Of a stretch of 27,978 nucleotides of DNA, positions 1 through 8,094 are shown one piece after another (the first letter of the stretch is position 1; every line of letters starts with the position of its first letter). The stretch is taken from the NCBI GenBank assembly GCA_041572575.1, contig JBFFSH010000031.1, positions 1 through 27,978 of the forward strand, given 5' to 3'. The DNA comes from Thermodesulfobacteriota bacterium (GTDB lineage: Bacteria; Desulfobacterota_D; UBA1144; Nemesobacterales; N074bin48). The position numbers and the translations under genes are program-made. The notes beneath the pieces were generated by a model. That model had not been told where the DNA came from. It was given only the letters and a program-made list of their open reading frames with translations, and did no database searches.

Positions 1-125
1 CAGAAGAGGAATTAAAACAGGAACTGCTTGAGTACCTGGTGTATTACAATCACCAAAGACCTCACCAGTCTCTGGGGGGAGTACCACCAGTAGAGTTCCT
101 AAAAAACTGTCCTCGAATTACGTGA
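1..125 (+). CDS. IS481-family (integrase-core/DDE) transposase, C-terminal fragment, truncated by window edge
   Basis: Frame from nt 3 reads EEELKQELLEYLVYYNHQRPHQSLGGVPPVEFLKNCPRIT* (TGA 123-125). YN..RPH.SLGG..P is the typical C-terminal rve motif of IS3/IS481 transposases. Confidence 0.85.
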   Translation, partial: EEELKQELLEYLVYYNHQRPHQSLGGVPPVEFLKNCPRIT

Positions 126-133
126 CATCTACA
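1..133 (+). mobile_element. Right end of IS481-family insertion sequence
   Basis: Transposase stop lies within ...tgtcctcgaattacgtgacatctACA ending at 133, matching the IS481 5'-TGT...ACA-3' termini. Left end is outside the window. Confidence 0.7.
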
Positions 134-197
134 GCAATGACGGGGTGGAGTGGAGCATTAAGTTTTCAGCGCTTTTTTTTTGCTGATTTTCACCAAA

Positions 198-271
198 CAC
201 ACTGAGCCTGTCGAAGTGTGATGTGCATTGAATTCATATGACATATACGCATTTCGACTAAGCTCAATGCG
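198..271. repeat. Inverted pair of REP-like hairpin units
   Basis: cacactgagcctgtcgaagtgtg (198-220) and cgcatttcgactaagctcaatgcg (248-271) are imperfect reverse complements. Each also self-pairs (cacac/gtgtg; cgcatt/aatgcg). Confidence 0.65.
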
Positions 272-357
272 TTAGGTCACTACTTTTAACACACTTTCCC
301 AAAAAACCAAAATGGGAGAGCTGTGTCCAAACCACTTTTACCGGGAGGTAACAACAG

Positions 358-642
358 ATGGATAAAGTATGGGATTTCTATACCCCTGCTCAAATTCTGG
401 CAGTGCAGGGCATGCAAAAGGGCGGCAAGGACTACCCGTTTGTAAACTTAAGGCTTGCAGTCGCAAACCTTGTGCGAATAGAAAGCAATCAGGGCGGGCT
501 TGCCCAAAGAGAAAAAACCCTTAAAAACACAATAACAGCAAAGCGTAAACCCACCATGCCCCCGCCTAAGAAAAAGACCATACCAGCACCGCCTGTGTGC
601 GAATTTCCCATGGGAAATCCCAGATGCGCAGTGTGTGACTGA
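358..642 (+). CDS. Hypothetical protein (94 aa, basic Pro/Lys-rich tail, C-terminal C-x8-C-x2-C)
   Basis: ATG preceded by a strong RBS (gggaggt). Lies directly upstream of the helicase-like gene. No family recognised. Confidence 0.45.
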   Translation: MDKVWDFYTPAQILAVQGMQKGGKDYPFVNLRLAVANLVRIESNQGGLAQREKTLKNTITAKRKPTMPPPKKKTIPAPPVCEFPMGNPRCAVCD

Positions 643-682
643 TGATATACAGGTTCAAAATGATATTAAACCGGGAGGAAAA

Positions 683-2083
683 ATGAGTATACCAAGGGAT
701 ACGAACGAACAGTTCGAAAATGCAGTGCTGGGGTCGATATTGATTGACCCTAAGATAATGGACGAAGTAAGTGCGGTTTTAACGCCGGAAGACTTCTACA
801 GGACAGGCAATAAAAGGCTGTATGAGGTGCTAAAGGACATGCACGAAAATGCGGTGCCCATCGATCTTATGACGGTGCTTGAAAGGGCAAGGGAACAAAA
901 GTCAGAAAGCACAATAGGCGGGCCGCAGAGGCTTATTTACCTAACAGAAACAACGCCTGCTTCAGCAAACTTTGCATTCTATGTAAACAAGGTAAAGGAG
1001 GCGTCGCGCAGGCGCGAGTTTGTTGATACATTTGCCGGTCTTTCAAAGGAAGTGGAGCAGGGGACACTCAGCGTACCCGAGGCATGGGGGCTTGTAGCAG
1101 AGATTGAGTGGTCAATGCCGGTGCGCTCGGGCCTCAGGCCCGTGTGCGGCTCAGACATTACGGTACAAAAAGATTCGGTGCAAACACTCTGGGGCGAGGT
1201 GATCTACCCGCAGTGCATTACACAGATAAACTCTGAGCCCGGGGTGGGAAAGACCACCTTTGCCTATAACCTGTGCGCAACGGGTGCAGAGGGAGGGGAG
1301 TTTCTGGGCATATCGTTTTCAAAGAGCCTCAAGGTGCTCTACATAGACGTTGAAACCCCGGCATGGAAAAGGGCGCTTAAGCTTACAAGCATCTGTGACG
1401 GTAAAATTCCTGCAAGGCTCTATTTTCTCGATTCTCTAGACTTGCATTCTCAGTTTTCAGAGCTTCTCTCCCTCTGTAAAACAAGCGGCTATGATCTGAT
1501 AGTGTTTGATACGCAGAGCCGCATATTCAATCTTGAGAGCGAAAACGACAACGCCGAGGCAAACCGCATGATGCTCCTTATAAGAAGGCTTGTGACAGAT
1601 GCGGGGGCAGCTGTGGTGCTTGTGCATCATACATGCAAGTCGGACAAGAAGGGCGTTTACAGCGGCAGGGGGGCAAGCGCCATAGGGGCTGCCGTGGATG
1701 TGGTGGTGAACATGGAGGCTATGGATAATGATTCCCTTAAGCTAAAGGTAGACAAGAACCGTATAAACGGTGACTACATGACGCTATTTATAAAAAAGAG
1801 CGGCGATGACTGCTTTGAGCCTTTTGTGCCGCCTGCTGAAACTCTGTCGGGCTTTGAGAAATTCAGGGTACAGGAGTTTATACTGGGGCTGGATGGAGAA
1901 AAACCCGTATGGACAACCTCTGACCTTCAGTGCGAGTGCAGCAAGCAGGGCTTTTCAAGGAATACGATTACAAGGGCAATTTCCGATCTTGCCCAGAGCG
2001 GAAGGATAAATAAAATACGCCGGGGTGAGTATGAGATAATCCATAAAACCCATAACCCCAAAACCACCGGGGCTATACACTAA
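683..2083 (+). CDS. DnaB-like N-terminal domain + AAA_25 (RepA/RecA-like) ATPase + C-terminal winged helix; mobile-element helicase-like protein
   Basis: N-term ENAVLGSILIDP..PEDFY..PIDLMTV..IGG..ANFAFY..VKE..RRR resembles DnaB-N. Walker A SEPGVGKT, YIDVET, Walker B LIVFDT, LVHH..K and GRGASAIGAAVD fit AAA_25. ATG 683 follows gggagg; the ORF track start at 635 is probably too early. Confidence 0.8.
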   Translation: MSIPRDTNEQFENAVLGSILIDPKIMDEVSAVLTPEDFYRTGNKRLYEVLKDMHENAVPIDLMTVLERAREQKSESTIGGPQRLIYLTETTPASANFAFYVNKVKEASRRREFVDTFAGLSKEVEQGTLSVPEAWGLVAEIEWSMPVRSGLRPVCGSDITVQKDSVQTLWGEVIYPQCITQINSEPGVGKTTFAYNLCATGAEGGEFLGISFSKSLKVLYIDVETPAWKRALKLTSICDGKIPARLYFLDSLDLHSQFSELLSLCKTSGYDLIVFDTQSRIFNLESENDNAEANRMMLLIRRLVTDAGAAVVLVHHTCKSDKKGVYSGRGASAIGAAVDVVVNMEAMDNDSLKLKVDKNRINGDYMTLFIKKSGDDCFEPFVPPAETLSGFEKFRVQEFILGLDGEKPVWTTSDLQCECSKQGFSRNTITRAISDLAQSGRINKIRRGEYEIIHKTHNPKTTGAIH

Positions 2084-2186
2084 ACCAATGGGTTTTTGGG
2101 TCTAACTCTTCATACCCTATCCCCACCATTGCAAAGCTCTCCTAAGAAATGAAAAAGCAGATAAAAATTCTAATATCGATTTAGTT

Positions 2187-2195
2187 TGTTATAAT
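2187..2195 (+). promoter_or_regulatory. Putative extended -10 promoter (TGnTATAAT) for the 2243 gene
   Basis: tgttataat about 50 nt upstream of the ATG, which has an agaggag RBS. Confidence 0.4.
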
Positions 2196-2242
2196 CTGCA
2201 AAGTTTTTTCCATTTCGGAAACATATTTATAAGAGAGGAGCC

Positions 2243-3319
2243 ATGTTTATTATGAGAGCGAGAACTTGCGTATTCATTTTGATATGCTTTTTGGTTATAC
2301 AATCCCACGGCTTTGCCCAGCACCATTCGTCTCACGAAAGTGATCATATGGATTCAGCCAACAGCTCCACACATCATCATTCACTGCGGCCAGATGAATA
2401 CCCACCCGTTGGCGTAATGGGCGGACACACTCATCACAAGGGTGGATGGATGATGTCATACAGGATGATGTATATGAGTATGGACGGGAACAGAAGCGGT
2501 ACAAATGATCTAAGCACAGCGGATGTGCTGCAGGACTTTATGGTTACTCCAACGGATATGGACGTATGGATGCACATGTTTGGCCTCATGTATGCCCCTA
2601 CCGATAATCTTACAGTTATGGGCATGATCCCCTATGCCAGTAAATCAATGAACCATGTAACGCGAATGGGTGGAAGTTTCAGTACTAAGACCGACGGGAT
2701 AGGAGACATTAAACTTAGCGCCCTTTATAAAATATTTGAAAATAACGGTCATCAATTTCACATAAATGCGGGCATTAGCTTTCCAACGGGAGATACGGAT
2801 GAACGTGATGACCTTCCCACAGGGCCGAACCAGCCGCTTCCTTATCCAATGCAGCTTGGCTCGGGGACGTTTGATCTAATGCCGGGACTCGCATACCTTG
2901 GGCAACACCATATGTGGTCATGGGGAGCTCAGGTACTGGGAGTGATAAGGCTTGGAGAAAATGATGAAGATTATACTCTGGGTAATGTTTTGAGTTCAAC
3001 TGTATGGGGATCCAGAAACATTAATAACTGGATCAGCACAGCTACAAGGCTAAACTGGAAAATCTGGGGAAATATTAACGGGGCCGATCCGAGGCTAAAT
3101 CCGGCGGTTGTGCCAACAGCTGATCCTGACAGGAGGGCGGGCAACAGGCTTGATCTCTTATTTAGTCTGAATTTCCTGATACCCAAAGGGCCTCAATTAA
3201 TAAAAGGCCAGAGTCTGGCAGTAGAGTTTGGTCTGCCAGTGTATCAGTGGCTTGACGGCCCGCAGCTAGAGACCGACTGGTTAGTGACGTTTGGATGGCG
3301 GTATGATTGGGAGTTTTAG
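2243..3319 (+). CDS. Outer-membrane beta-barrel 'transporter' (COG4313/Phenol_MetA_deg-like) with His/Met-rich N-terminus
   Basis: Signal peptide ending GFA-Q; motifs PVGVMGGHTHHKGGWM, GIGDIKL, GISFPTG, PYPMQLGSGT; amphipathic last strand ending in an aromatic residue (YDWEF). Confidence 0.7.
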   Translation: MFIMRARTCVFILICFLVIQSHGFAQHHSSHESDHMDSANSSTHHHSLRPDEYPPVGVMGGHTHHKGGWMMSYRMMYMSMDGNRSGTNDLSTADVLQDFMVTPTDMDVWMHMFGLMYAPTDNLTVMGMIPYASKSMNHVTRMGGSFSTKTDGIGDIKLSALYKIFENNGHQFHINAGISFPTGDTDERDDLPTGPNQPLPYPMQLGSGTFDLMPGLAYLGQHHMWSWGAQVLGVIRLGENDEDYTLGNVLSSTVWGSRNINNWISTATRLNWKIWGNINGADPRLNPAVVPTADPDRRAGNRLDLLFSLNFLIPKGPQLIKGQSLAVEFGLPVYQWLDGPQLETDWLVTFGWRYDWEF

Positions 3320-3339
3320 TGGTTATTTGTTTCCGGTCT

Positions 3340-3801
3340 CTAGGCCCTCTCATATTTGCCCATAAGCTGACCTTCATCCAGTATATGGCCACTCATCGAT
3401 TCCAGGAGCTGTTCCTTGGTGGCTCCCGGATGTGCAGGGGGCCCAGAGTCCAGCGCATAGATTTTAAAGAAATACCTGTGCACTCCGCCAGGAGGGCAGG
3501 GACCTCCGTATCCTATGGTTCCCCAGCTGTTTTTGCCCTGAATGGCGCCGTCTTGTACGGTTTCTTCTGTGGCTATGTTTTCAGGCAGTTCATCTGCATC
3601 GGGACTTAAATTATAGATAACCCAGTGTACCCAGGTTCCGCGCGGAGCATCAGGATCATCCATTATTATCGCTATTGACTCTGTGCCGTCCGGGATGTTT
3701 TCCCAGTTTAACCGGGGTGAGATATCATTGCCGTCGCAGGTGTACCTGACCGGGATCATGCTGCCGTTTTCAAAAGCAGGGCTTGTGAGTTTAATACTCA
3801 T
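3340..3801 (-). CDS. YbhB/YbcL family Raf kinase inhibitor-like (PEBP) protein
   Basis: [43 protein letters not shown]; aggagg RBS. Confidence 0.95.
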   Translation of the reverse strand: MSIKLTSPAFENGSMIPVRYTCDGNDISPRLNWENIPDGTESIAIIMDDPDAPRGTWVHWVIYNLSPDADELPENIATEETVQDGAIQGKNSWGTIGYGGPCPPGGVHRYFFKIYALDSGPPAHPGATKEQLLESMSGHILDEGQLMGKYERA

Positions 3802-3941
3802 CTATAGCCTCCTTTTATTTATTTAATTTTGTTCTTTCTATAATTATATAGACTATGAAACTGCATATAAATAGGTTCGTTTAAGAAAAAATTGTATTAT
3901 TTGACTAAATGGCCAAACAGCCAAAAAAGCCTGATCCTGGT

Positions 3942-4298
3942 CTAGTTGCACCGCTCACAACTACAAAGCTCTCTTAAGAAATCGAATGTGTAAATACCGG
4001 TTGAGTGCCGGTCGCTCCAGTAAAACCTTATCGCATACTTGCCTATGTGTTCAGCGTTAATTGGTCTTATATCGGGCGTACTTACATTTACGGGAATACT
4101 GCGTTTGAATGACGATGTTTTCTGACTTGCCTTTCTAAGCTCATTGCAGCTTGCGCACGGGCAGTACTTCCTCAGGTCTTCATACAGATAGATGCTCTCA
4201 TGACCGTCATCCCACAGGATGCTTAGAGCAGTATCACTGAATTCACTTATCTCTTTGGGTTTCATTACAGCAAGTGTAACAGATTTAGATTCTGCCAA
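3942..4298 (-). CDS. DUF971 / GBBH-like N-terminal domain protein
   Basis: WDDGH.S.Y....LR..CPCA.C and GKYAIRFYWSDRHSTGIYTFDFLR. Overlaps the upstream GDPD stop. Confidence 0.88.
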   Translation of the reverse strand: MAESKSVTLAVMKPKEISEFSDTALSILWDDGHESIYLYEDLRKYCPCASCNELRKASQKTSSFKRSIPVNVSTPDIRPINAEHIGKYAIRFYWSDRHSTGIYTFDFLRELCSCERCN

Positions 4299-5187
4299 GA
4301 AGCTTGAGCAGTCTGTCGGGGTAGTCTGTTACTATTCCTTCAACACCCAAATCTATCAGACGTTTCATGTCCTCAGGTTCATTTATCGTCCAGGCGTGGA
4401 CTTCAAGATTCTGCTTTTTAGCGGTACTTACAAACCTCTCGGTGATAACCTTTTTACCCTTGTAGTGTTCTGGCACCTGAAGGGCAACTGCCGGGCTTGG
4501 ATTATAAAAGCCGGCAAGGTAAAACTGGTTTAAAAAAAAGAACTTGACGGCCTCTGATTTTGTGGTTGATGTGGCTACCTTGGGCATGATGCTGCGAAAA
4601 TCGAGAAGAGCCTTATTGCTGAATGATGCTACTATTGCCCTGTTTTGTATACCGTGTTTAATGATCAATTCGCTTAGAGGTTTTATCAATGAAGGTTCTG
4701 ACTGCTTGATCTCTATTATTATCGCTGAGTCTTTGATTTCGGAAATAACCTCCGAGAGTGTAGGTATACGTATTCCCTTTCCCCTGAAAGGAAAAGTCTT
4801 CCCATCGTCATCGGTCCAATTGTAGCCTGCATCAAATTCTTTTAGTTCAGAAAGTGTATAATTATTAACATTGCCGGATCCGTTAGTGGTGCGGTCGATA
4901 GTGTCGTCATGCATGATTACTATCTCGCCGTCTTTTGAACTATGAATATCAAGCTCGATTACATCTGCTCCAAGCTGCTGCGCATTTTTGAAAGCAGTAA
5001 TGGTGTTTTCAGGTCTTAGCCCAGGGCCTCCCCTGTGCGCTATCACAAGTACGCCGTCATTTTTTCTTATATTAAAAAACTGATGCTTAGACATAAAAAA
5101 ACTCCTAAACCATAAATAACCAAGACAAGAAACAAGAACAAAGAATACTAGAAAAAGCGCAATACTGAAATTTTTTTTAATTGTCAT
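4285..5187 (-). CDS. Glycerophosphodiester phosphodiesterase with N-terminal membrane anchor
   Basis: IAHRGG..PENT..AF, ELDI..SKDG...MHD..DRTT, IPTL.E, IEIK, WTIN, GIVTDYP. Confidence 0.93.
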   Translation of the reverse strand: MTIKKNFSIALFLVFFVLVSCLGYLWFRSFFMSKHQFFNIRKNDGVLVIAHRGGPGLRPENTITAFKNAQQLGADVIELDIHSSKDGEIVIMHDDTIDRTTNGSGNVNNYTLSELKEFDAGYNWTDDDGKTFPFRGKGIRIPTLSEVISEIKDSAIIIEIKQSEPSLIKPLSELIIKHGIQNRAIVASFSNKALLDFRSIMPKVATSTTKSEAVKFFFLNQFYLAGFYNPSPAVALQVPEHYKGKKVITERFVSTAKKQNLEVHAWTINEPEDMKRLIDLGVEGIVTDYPDRLLKLLGRI

Positions 5188-5346
5188 TATTTTAATTTAA
5201 TGATTTATATGCAAAGCTCTAGGCTTGTATTGTTTTAAAATTTATATATAAATAAATCTTTCTAAACATTAGCAAACAATAAATGCAATTAGATTTATTG
5301 TATATAATAACAAATAACTGATTGTATGCAGAAGGTGGAATAAGAT

Positions 5347-6039
5347 ATGAAAATAGCAATTTCAGGACTCGATCTCGAAGAAGGCAAAATAAAGTATGAA
5401 GACCCAGTGTTTAAGGGGCTTTGTGATAAGTTTGAGCCGGCAAAGCAGGCTCCGTACTATTTTGAGCTCATGCACGATGATTATCAGGCAGCTGATGCTA
5501 TTGCTATTACAAAAGACAGCATTCTGGATCTACTTATTCTGGATATAGAAAAGCTTGAAAACCGCATAGAAAGGGCGGAATCCGAAGAGGAAAAGGCTGT
5601 ACTAAAGAGATGTCTTGAACTGCTTGAGAACGAACAGCCTGTATGTGACCTCGAAATTACAGATGAAGAAAGATCAATCCTTACTACTATAAGCCCGCTT
5701 AGTTTCAAGCCTGTTCTGGTTCTGGAAGATTCAAATATTGATGCAAATACAGTCTGCAAACGGATGCTGGATAAAGCAGGGATGATGTTTTTCTATACCG
5801 CAGGAAAACAGGAAGTGCACGCATGGATAGTTGAAAAGGGCACCGATGCCGTAACCTGTGCAGGGAGGATACATTCCGATCTTGCAAGAGGATTCATAAA
5901 GGCAGAGCTTATTTCTTTTGACGACCTCATGGCCGCCCACAGCTTTGCAGATGCAAGCTCCAAAGGACTTACAAACCTGGTTGATAAAGATTTTCCTGTT
6001 CCTGAGAATACAATACTGGAAATAAGGTTTAATGTGTGA
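5347..6039 (+). CDS. YchF-like protein (DUF933/TGS C-terminal domain) lacking P-loop NTPase motifs
   Basis: C-term FYTAGKQEVHAW..AG.IHSDLARGFIKAE...IRFNV is YchF-C. Only 230 aa, with no GxxxxGKS/T or DxxG motif. Confidence 0.85.
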   Translation: MKIAISGLDLEEGKIKYEDPVFKGLCDKFEPAKQAPYYFELMHDDYQAADAIAITKDSILDLLILDIEKLENRIERAESEEEKAVLKRCLELLENEQPVCDLEITDEERSILTTISPLSFKPVLVLEDSNIDANTVCKRMLDKAGMMFFYTAGKQEVHAWIVEKGTDAVTCAGRIHSDLARGFIKAELISFDDLMAAHSFADASSKGLTNLVDKDFPVPENTILEIRFNV

Positions 6040-6086
6040 ATTGGTTTATAGTAGTAATAGTTCTAAATTCACACAAGGAGGTTATA

Positions 6087-6263
6087 TTGCAAAATATAAA
6101 AGATCACAAAGAGGTGCTGGACAGCATTGCTCTTTTAAAAATCCTTGCTATGAGTTCTAAGAGTATAAAAGAAGGTAGAGTAAAAACAGCTAAGAAGGCA
6201 TTTTCCGATATAAGGAAAAGTATTGAAAAAGACAAAAAGTCTTCAAGCTTGTCTTCTAAATAG
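6087..6263 (+). pseudogene. C-terminal half of a Phd/YefM-type antitoxin (truncated, orphan)
   Basis: VILQNIKDHKEVLDSIALLKILAMSSKSIKEGRVK..F resembles the QD...Y....LALLKILA.....I..G.V C-terminus of prevent-host-death antitoxins. aaggagg (6075-6081) precedes an in-frame TTG at 6087. No DNA-binding N-domain and no toxin gene. Confidence 0.5.
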
Positions 6264-6268
6264 TTTTA

Positions 6269-6676
6269 TCAGCTTTGAGACATCTTCAAAATCTTATCAA
6301 ACTCTTTCTTTGTAACAGGCATTACGGATAGCCTGCTGTTTTTTATAAGAGCAATGTCTTTTAATGACGGCTCAGCCTTGATTTGTTTTAATGTAACGGG
6401 ACTGCTGAGTGCACCGGCAGGTTTTAGATCAACCACCACCCACCTGTCGTCATCAGTCGTAGGGTCCTGATAGAATTCCTTTATAACCTCTGCTACTCCT
6501 ACGACTTCAAGTCCTTCATTGCTGTGATAATACAAAACCCTGTCCTTAATCTTCATTGCCTTAAGGTTGTTTCTTGCCTGATAATTACGCACGCCGTCCC
6601 AGTAAGTAGAACCGTCTTTTATAAAATCGTCCCATGAGTACTTAAAAGGTTCTGATTTTACTAGCCAGTAATTCAT
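6269..6676 (-). CDS. EVE domain-containing protein
   Basis: MNYWLVKSEP, WDGVRNYQARN, YHSN, DPT, SRLSVMPV. Confidence 0.95.
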   Translation of the reverse strand: MNYWLVKSEPFKYSWDDFIKDGSTYWDGVRNYQARNNLKAMKIKDRVLYYHSNEGLEVVGVAEVIKEFYQDPTTDDDRWVVVDLKPAGALSSPVTLKQIKAEPSLKDIALIKNSRLSVMPVTKKEFDKILKMSQS

Positions 6677-6761
6677 GGATTTCTATTATATCAATAAATT
6701 AAATTAATAAAAATTTATATGCTCAATAGAATAGACAGGTTAATCGAGTATATTATGTATT

Positions 6762-7397
6762 ATGATTATAAAATATTGCACTGTCTGCTTACTTATTACA
6801 TTTATATATTCGTGTGTTCCTGCTCCTGTAGGGGTAGATACAGCGGGTATAGACGCAAAGAATAAAACCATTGCCATACTGCCTTTTGGCCTTGAAAAAG
6901 ATAATGAGGCGCTTCAAGTCCCTGAGGGATACTTGCAGAGATTTAATCACAGTATGCATGAGTCATTATTTAATTCGCTTCATTCCACTCTGGTTATTGA
7001 TTTAAACAAAAGCTATGAGATTTTGAGAAATACCGAATCTTATGATAATAGTTTTGCAGAGTTTTCTGCTCAGAGCGGAGCGGATTATATACTCACAGGT
7101 TTTGTAAGTCATTATAAACAAAGGGTAGGCGGCGACCTTGGAGTTGAATCACCGGCGGCTGTTTCATTTTTAACAAGACTGTATGATGCAAAGACTGGTG
7201 CATTACTCTGGCAGTATTTCTATACTGAACAACAGAGTCCACTTTTTGAAAATATTGCAGAGGTTGGTAAGTTTTTCAAACGAAAGGGTAAGTGGGTAAC
7301 TGTCTGGGAGCTTACAGAAGAAGGAATAATCATTACGGCAAATAAGATAAAGGAACTACTTGAAGCAAATGCAAATAATACCGGCGATAGACCTTAA
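6762..7397 (+). CDS. Putative lipoprotein (alpha/beta fold reminiscent of CsgG/LpoB-like proteins)
   Basis: Lipobox-like FIYS-C; IAILPF, GADYILTG.V, RLYDAKTGALLW patterns. Overlaps the hisA start. Confidence 0.65.
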   Translation: MIIKYCTVCLLITFIYSCVPAPVGVDTAGIDAKNKTIAILPFGLEKDNEALQVPEGYLQRFNHSMHESLFNSLHSTLVIDLNKSYEILRNTESYDNSFAEFSAQSGADYILTGFVSHYKQRVGGDLGVESPAAVSFLTRLYDAKTGALLWQYFYTEQQSPLFENIAEVGKFFKRKGKWVTVWELTEEGIIITANKIKELLEANANNTGDRP

Positions 7398-8094
7398 AGA
7401 TGGAAACTGTGTAAGGCTTTTAAAAGGAGAAGAAGGCTCAGAAACAATATTCTCATACAGCCCCGTTGATCAGGCAAAAAAATGGGAGTCCTGCGGAGCG
7501 CAAACTCTTCACCTTGTTGACCTCGACGGCGCTTTTACAGGATCACCCAAGAACAGAGAAGTAATTAAAGATATAGTAAACGCGATTGATTGCGATGTTC
7601 AGCTGGGTGGCGGAATTAGAGAACTATCGACCATAGACGATTACATAAAATCAGGAATTACGAGAATTATATTAGGCACTGCTGCTTTCAAAGACCCTGA
7701 GCTTCTAAAGCATGCCTGCAATAAATATCCCGGCCGCATTGCTGTTGGGCTTGATACAAAGGGCGGCAAGATTGCAATTAAGGGGTGGAAGGAGACCATA
7801 GAGGACTCAACGGAGCAGGTGTTAAAAAACCTGGAAAATATCGGTGTTTCAATGATTATTAATACCAATGTAGACAGAGACGGCACTCTTGAGGGTATAG
7901 ATACAGATTCAGTAAAGGAATTTTTAGATTCCTCCCCGGTACCGGTGATAGCTTCGGGTGGGATATCTACAGATACTGATCTAAAAAATCTAAGCAACTT
8001 AAAATCGAATAACTTATATGGAGCCATACTGGGAAAATCCATATACCAGGGCACAATCGACCTCCAAAAAGCTATCCGGAGGTATCATAGATAA
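7369..8094 (+). CDS. hisA: ProFAR isomerase
   Basis: [46 protein letters not shown] at 7369 preferred over TTG at 7360. Confidence 0.96.
   Translation: MQIIPAIDLKDGNCVRLLKGEEGSETIFSYSPVDQAKKWESCGAQTLHLVDLDGAFTGSPKNREVIKDIVNAIDCDVQLGGGIRELSTIDDYIKSGITRIILGTAAFKDPELLKHACNKYPGRIAVGLDTKGGKIAIKGWKETIEDSTEQVLKNLENIGVSMIINTNVDRDGTLEGIDTDSVKEFLDSSPVPVIASGGISTDTDLKNLSNLKSNNLYGAILGKSIYQGTIDLQKAIRRYHR

Noticed and set aside
635..682. N-terminal extension of the helicase from GTG 635
   Set aside because: The strong RBS lies before ATG 683 and DnaB-like similarity starts there.
683..2083. Calling this gene chromosomal dnaB
   Set aside because: The ATPase domain has AAA_25 motifs (HH..K, RGASA) rather than DnaB-C motifs (ARP..GKT, DYLQL, SQLSR, LRESG).
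6036..6676. EVE protein plus antitoxin fragment as a defence module
   Set aside because: The genes are convergent, the EVE protein is an ordinary stand-alone type, and no nuclease or toxin is present.
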